Below, piece after piece: positions 33,840-39,935 of a stretch of DNA of 39,935 nucleotides. The DNA lies in the NCBI RefSeq assembly GCF_006345805.1, contig NW_021835448.1:1-39935 (forward strand). Direction: 5' to 3'. The position numbers were made by a program, and so were the translations under genes. This DNA comes from Octopus sinensis (taxonomy: Eukaryota). A model generated the notes under the pieces. It had not been told where the DNA came from and searched no databases. It was given only the letters and a program-made list of their open reading frames with translations. The stretch's first letter is position 1. Each line of letters opens with the position of its first letter.

Positions 33840-33970
33840 ATTTATTATATAGAAGGAGCTTCTACAGGACTAGAACTGTTTCATTCAAGAGAAATCTTCA
33901 GGAGCTTCCTGAAGATTTCTCTTGAATGAAACAGTTCTAATCCTGTAGAAGCTCCTTCTATATAATAAAT
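33840..33970. repeat. 64-bp inverted repeat (one mismatch, 3-nt spacer) built from the hammerhead repeat
   Basis: Arms are 33840-33903 and 33907-33970. The single mismatch is 33870/33940. Confidence 0.95.
33901..33955 (+). ncRNA. Type I hammerhead ribozyme motif (family A, copy 2)
   Basis: 8-bp stem I GGAGCTTC/GAAGCTCC. CTGAAGA is at 33909-33915, GAAAC at 33928-33932, stem III is ACAG/CTGT, and GTA is at 33945-33947. Confidence 0.82.
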
Positions 33971-34473
33971 TAATTTTACTCTACTATGTATTGAGTACCT
34001 TATTTACTGTGGTTAACCCCGAATCAACCCGGGACCTACATATATATATATATATATACACATATGCAAGTATGCATATGTATAATAAGTATGTAAGCTT
34101 ATACATGTAAATGTAGATGTGTATACCTGCCCGCTAACACTCGCACACAAACATATGTATATATCTAATGCACGCACATGTACAAGCATGCAGAACTTCA
34201 TTCTAAGATGAGAACTGTGCAAGAAACCTTTGAATAAATGGAGATTTGATAAATCTTACTACAAAAAATAAGGAAGACTTTCAAGACATTACGATAGGGT
34301 TGGATAATACATGCACATATATAAATACGTTAAACGCACACATACGTGTGTGTGTTTAGCGTATCTAAATACATATGCATAATATATTTATGTATATATA
34401 TATATATGTATGTGTATATATATATATATATATATATACATAATGCATATATATATGTACAAAAATACACACA

Positions 34474-34547
<74 letters not shown>

Positions 34548-34866
34548 ATATATATATACGAAATAGCTTATTAACTGAATATTGATAATAGTTAGGTTAT
34601 GATATCTTGGATTTTCTTACCTTCTGATCAATATGGAATATAACAAGCTTAATTATATAATGTGATCGGAGCTTTCGTAGAATTAATGCCACGAAGACAA
34701 AGAAGAAAAAAAACATGAAAAGAAATATAAATATACAAATATGTAATAAACAAATTTGAAGATATCAAATTAAGAGCATCATGTAATACCTTGTGTAATC
34801 ATAGCGAGAGCAGTGGTATAAAAATCCTTCAAATGGAATGCTAGTCATTTTGAGAAGGTATGAGTG

Positions 34867-34867
<1 letters not shown>

Positions 34868-34898
<31 letters not shown>

Positions 34899-34899
34899 A

Positions 34900-34980
<81 letters not shown>
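34868..34980. repeat. Compound (ATT)n-(CTA)n-(AAT)n microsatellite
   Basis: Seen directly. Confidence 0.95.
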
Positions 34981-34983
<3 letters not shown>

Positions 34984-35329
34984 TGATCATGATCATGATA
35001 TTAACGATAATTAAACTCCGAAAAGATGGGAAAGAAATAGAGAAATAGTTCTCTTAATGGAAATACTATTAATAGTTGATCAAATTCGCAGAAATCTCAT
35101 AAAAACATACGTATACATTTACTTATATATGTATGTATATGTGACAGAAACATATACATATGTACTATGCGGTTGAGCACACACACACACCAACTCAAGT
35201 GTAATAGTTTGACGTCGACATCATCAGTAACGTCGAACGAAGTCAATCTTTTATGAAACAGTGTTACTCCATCTCAATGCGCTAGGTACTACTTTCTTTC
35301 ATTTATTCAATCACACATACGTCTGATAT

Positions 35330-35478
35330 ATATGTGTGTGTGTATGTATGCATGTATGTATGTATGTATGTGTGTATGTATGTATGTATGTATGTATGTA
35401 TGTATGCATGTATGTATGTATATATGTATGCATGTATATATGTATGTATGTATGTATGTATGTAGGTAGGTAGGTAGA
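35330..35478. repeat. (TATG)n/(TAGG)n microsatellite
   Basis: Seen directly. Confidence 0.95.
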
Positions 35479-35479
35479 A

Positions 35480-37236
35480 GGTTGAAAAGTAACACACGAG
35501 TTGATATGCACAAAGAAAACCGGTCAAGGTAGAAAATGCTAAAATAATTTGATCATGAAGAACATTTTGGGACCGGTTTCGAGTTTTGTGACTTTTTCAA
35601 CTTAGAGTAAAGCATGAAAAATGATTAAATTGTGGAAAAATTAAATGAAATGCTTTTGTTAAGTATTTTCATAGTTTTCAAATACGTGGGACATTTTCTT
35701 TTTCCCTCTCTCTCATTCTCTTTCTTTTACTTTCGTGAAGGCTTGGTGGGTCGGTAGGTAGTTAGGTAGGTAGGTAGGTAGGTAGTTAGGTAGGTAGGTA
35801 GGTAGGTAGTTATTAGCAGATCTGAAGAAATATGAGGGATGTTGGTTCTGGGTTTTGATTGTTTAAGCAGCAGTAGATGAGGAAGTAGACGGCGAAGAAG
35901 AAGAAGAGGGAGTAGGAAAAGAAGAGAAAGAAAGAGAAGAAGACGGGAGTGATATGACAGGAGTAAGCTGATGGTAGAGTCTTCTTAAATGGTCAAGTGA
36001 CCTAAAATGGTCGTGTTGTGGTTATAACGGTAGTGATTGGAATTGCTCTGAATAAATTCATGGGCAGAGACTGTTCTGAATCTATCGTTTTTAATATTTG
36101 TGTGGACATTATTCTAAGGCCCTTGTAGTAGTGTCATCTGTGCTGGATGCATTCAAAAGGGGTCTATATTTTGTGATAAAATATGACTCTCCCAATGCGT
36201 TGCATTCTCCCTGAATTTATAGAAGGGAAAAATTCTGAAGTTTGGTTGTTCTTTAGTGGCGCAAATATCAATGTATTCGCTGAATGCTATTTTTCTATAT
36301 TCCCGAATTTTAATCTATGAAGGGTCATCCTTTAGCGTAGACTGTTTTTTGTTTGGCCTATGTATTGCTCTCAAAACCTTGAGCAAGTTAATACATATAT
36401 TAGGTTCTCCGAAGCAAATGTGAAGTTGTTTTCCATTGTAAAACGTTGGCCTTATTTGAAGGATAACTCCGGTCCCTTAATTAGGTTGATGCATATACCA
36501 TTAGGTCTTCTACATTTATTACTGACAGTTTCAATGTTGTTGACGATTGTACTTGGGATTGTGTTAGGAGACCTTTCATTGACTTGGGTTGTCTTTTGCT
36601 CTTTGTGATAGTGTGCGTTTGGAAGACTAGATTCATTCTGTGATCCCTTTTTAGTAGATAAATGTTCTGGAGGATGGTGTCGAAGGCTTCATTGTTAAGG
36701 GGGTTGTGCGTGGAGATGTATGATAGGGCTTTTGGTTGTAAATCCTTCTTTAGTTTGGGATGTCTGAGTTCATGAATGTTGAGTTATAGAGCACGTTGAA
36801 AGCCTATATCAATTAGTGATGGTGGGTAGTTCTTGGTAATGAGTGTATCCTTTAGTTCATGTAGTCGTGTGTCCCTGGTGTCTGTATTAGAAATTATAGT
36901 ACAAATCCCTTTTTCCAAGTTGAAGGGGATATTCTGGGGTGGCATAAGTTGAATGGCAGATATTGCTTGGAGTCCATGGGCTTATAGTATATAACTGTTT
37001 CTATTTTGTTGTTGAATTTCTTAATCAGGATGTTGAGGAATGGAAGTTGTTGATGGCTATATTCCATTATGATTGTGTCAAGTCCATTTAGAAGTGCTTG
37101 AAATTCTTTAAGTCCCTTTATACTTTCATTCCGTAAAATGAAGCAGTTATCCAGATACCTCTTCCAGTTATTTTCTCTGTAGAGAGAGAATGGGTTGCCA
37201 TATTTTTCTAGTACCTTATATATGTTATGTGTGTGT
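35480..37236 (-). mobile_element. Penelope-like element (RT palm/thumb plus GIY-YIG endonuclease plus 3' region), 5'-truncated and decayed
   Basis: RT motifs WKRYLDNCFI, LPFLNILI and YYKPMDSKQYLPFNLCHP. GIY-YIG motif NLIYVLTCS..EQYIGQT near 36350-36400. The C-terminus reads RESYFITKYRPLLN near 36140-36190. Confidence 0.9.
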
Positions 37237-38080
37237 AGCAGAATCTGAAGCAGCATTGGAGAAGAAGATCCAGGTTTGGAAGTAAAGCCTGGAATCAAAG
37301 GGCCTTAAAGTTAACTTAGCTAAGACTGAAGTTGTTGTTAGTGAGAAAGGAGATAAGACTCTCATTCTGGCTAGAAAATGGCTCTATTCAATGTGTAGGG
37401 ATGGAGTGGGATGTAATTCCATTAGCTGCACCAAGTGTAACCTATGGATGCATAAGAGATGCAGTGAAATCACGGGAAGATTATCAGATAAGGTTGCTTT
37501 CGTGTGTGGCAAATGCACAGGAACAGCAAGTACTAAGAGTACAAGGGACTTAAACTCTCTGAAATGCCCTGGAGGCTCTCTTGGGGTGGGAGTCAGTTTC
37601 TGCTATTTAGGTGACGAAATCAGTAATGGTGGTGGATGCTCTAAAAGTATTGTTTCTAGAATAAGAATAGTGTGGAGGAAGTTCAGAGAACTACTACCTC
37701 TGTTGGCAGGAAAAGGAGTTCTCTGAGAGTGAAAGGTAGATTTTATGATGCTTGTGTGAGAACAGCTATGTTTCATGGAGGTGAGACATGTGCTCTGATT
37801 GTATAGGCTGGAGAGGAATGAAGGTAGTATGCTCCATTGGATTTGCAACATTAGTGTGCGTGACCGACAGATCTCTACTGTGTTGAGAGAAAAGAAAAGA
37901 ATAAAAGAAACTAAATATGGTATGCAAGAGAGGAGAATGTGTTGGTTTGGACATGTGATGCATATGAGTGAAGGCAGCTGTATACAGAAGGGCCTGTTGC
38001 TGAAAGTGAATGGTACCGGTGAAAGAGGGAGATCCAGAAAGACATGGGATGAAGTGGTTAGCATTGATCTTAAGATACCC
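37236..38080 (+). mobile_element. RTE-clade LINE RT C-terminal fragment with PHD-like insert
   Basis: LESKGLKVNLAKTE, [C4HC3 insert], FCYLGDEI, RIRIVWRKFRELLPLL, WFGHVMHM, RGRSRKTWDEVV. Stops and frameshifts are present. Confidence 0.9.
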
Positions 38081-38639
38081 TAGGAAATCAAACTACAACT
38101 CCTCTTCTGACTGCATCTTTCTCTTCCTCACATTTCCTCCTCATGCATAATGATTGTTTTCTAATTCCATTTCTTACCCTCACTGCCAGTTTCACTGTAT
38201 CACTGTTCCCCACAACCACTCGCTATTTTTCTAACCCGGTTCTATGCTCATATTCTTGTTACTTGTGTGCATATCTTAGCACTACACCATCTCTCTTCTG
38301 CTCTCTCTCTTACACTTTTGTTGTTTCCTTCTCTCTCTCTCTCTTTTCCTTTGATACTTCTCTCATTCCTTCTGTTATTTTTCCTCTGACAAGGTAACCA
38401 AATATCACCTTTAGATTAGTACACTTATTTCTGGCTTCTTTCTGTACCTCTCTCCCTCCCTATCCCCTCTCTCTCACTGGGTAACCATGTACCTCCTCTT
38501 TAGCAAGACACCTATTTCTGCCTCTCTATTTCTCAGTTACACTCTAACCTTTCATCATTTGATACTGGATCACCTCTTCTAATGGCCCCTCTGTTGTGGC
38601 AACACACCTGCTTTTGTCTCTCTATCTCTCTGTCACACT

Positions 38640-38998
38640 CTAACCTTCAACCTCTTACACAAATGCCCACCTCTCTCATAATTCCTTGTCTTGCAAGTTA
38701 CTTGGTTACCCTGCCAGTGTGGTGCCATGTTAAAAGCATCCAGTCCACACTGTAATGTTGTTGGTGTTTGGAAGGGCATCCAGCTATTAAATCTTGCCAA
38801 AACTAACTTTGCCCGTGTTAGTGCCACGTAAAAAGCACTGATTTCACTCTGCAGAGTGGTTGGTGTTAGGAAGGGCGTCCAGCTGCAAAATCCCTACCAA
38901 AACAGACTACCTAGGGTAGTTTTTCTACCTGTCCAGCTCCTGTCAACTGTCCTACCCATGCATGCATGGAAGATGGACATTAAACGATGATGATGATA
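38640..38998 (+). mobile_element. Non-coding repeat with duplicated GGTTGGTGTTAGGAAGGGCATCCAGC core and a (GAT)n tail (RTE-tail/SINE type)
   Basis: Two units of about 99 bp start at 38722 and 38821. It ends gacattaaacgatgatgatgat. A decayed relative lies at about 20250-20410. Confidence 0.65.
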
Positions 38999-39339
38999 TA
39001 TATAATTATTTAGGTATTGGGTGTTGCTTGTAGTTAACTGATGAAACATGATCACTGCTTATGGCATTTACACAATTGTTGCTTGATCTCCCTGTACCTC
39101 AGGAATTCTTCAATGTTCATTGAAGCGATGGTAAATGGAATATATGTAAAATTTTATTGCTCACAACAATCGTTTTGACCCATTCTGCATCAATCCTTCA
39201 CATATGTCATACTGTAGAATTGGCTGTGGTGCATTTCTCAGTGCATAAGCGTCTCATCAAGTGATTTTACAGGGAATATCTTGTTAACTGAACCCTGTTT
39301 CACTTGGTTTTAATACTGCCGTAATGTTAATACATGTGT

Positions 39340-39790
39340 CTTTTTGTTTACAGAGATCATGCAACATGTCAAGCCTTGTGACTGTATTTGGTAAAAATGA
39401 GATTGTACCAGTAATTCAAAGGTACCAGCCTTGCCACATTCTGTGTCATGCTGAATCTCCCTGAGAACTATGTTAAGGATGCATGTGTCTGTAGAGGGCT
39501 CAGCCACTTACTCGCACTCCACATGCAAAAGAACCAAGACATCCTTATGCTGTTGATAGTGCTCATGTGGCACCAACTGCATCAATAGCAAGGCAGATCA
39601 TTTTTTGGCAAGTGCTTGCAGAAATGTGGAGGAATTGGAACTCACTCACAGACACATAGAAATGCATGTCAGTATATGACAGACGTCTATTTCTGTCTAC
39701 AAAATTTCACTGACAAAAAATTATGACCGGCCGACAATGCTTAGTCAGTGGAACTGAACCCCTCACCATGTGGAGTGGTTCCAAAATAAA
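39340..39790. mobile_element. Decayed SINE-like remnants
   Basis: 39660-39790 resembles the head of the SINE at 11052-11478 (tttctgtctacaaaatttcac...gaactgaaccc..accatgtgg). 39380-39510 resembles a repeat I recall from octopus sequence. Confidence 0.45.
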
Positions 39791-39935
39791 CTTGTTATCC
39801 ACCCAACAATGTCTACGTCACTGAAATATTTGTGATCGATTCTTTTGAAAAAGCATAATGTAAAAGTCTACTGGTGTGAGTGTGTGGGAAGTGAAAATGC
39901 GACAGAATTCCGGAAGGCAGAAAAAAAATCTGAGA

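Noticed and set aside
35205-35240. Minus-strand CTGATGA-TGTCGACG-TCAAAC
   Set aside because: It has CAAAC rather than GAAAC and no stem I or III pairing.

Overview
This is AT-rich, microsatellite-dense eukaryotic DNA. The repeat families resemble those I recall from octopod cephalopod genomes (inference, not database-checked). There is no intact gene, tRNA, rRNA or CRISPR array, and almost all ORFs in the supplied track are microsatellite read-throughs or transposon fragments. The window is a patchwork of decayed retroelements: R4/Dong-type RLE LINE pieces in (TAA)n, an L1/Tx1 3' end, a CR1 3' end, RTE pieces, two Penelope-like elements (PLEs) and many tRNA-derived SINEs. It also holds a mariner remnant and a TTAA-flanked piggyBac-like MITE. 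The most notable signal is a set of minimal type-I hammerhead ribozymes in short (TA)n-anchored repeats. Four copies have an intact catalytic core (427, 11673, 19362, 33901), from two families, and there are several decayed ones. One sits in a 64-bp near-perfect fold-back that places a hammerhead core on both strands. An RTE reverse transcriptase fragment carries a PHD-type zinc finger inserted inside the RT. A few low-confidence host-exon candidates were found; the best is a minus-strand terminal exon at 9894-10029.
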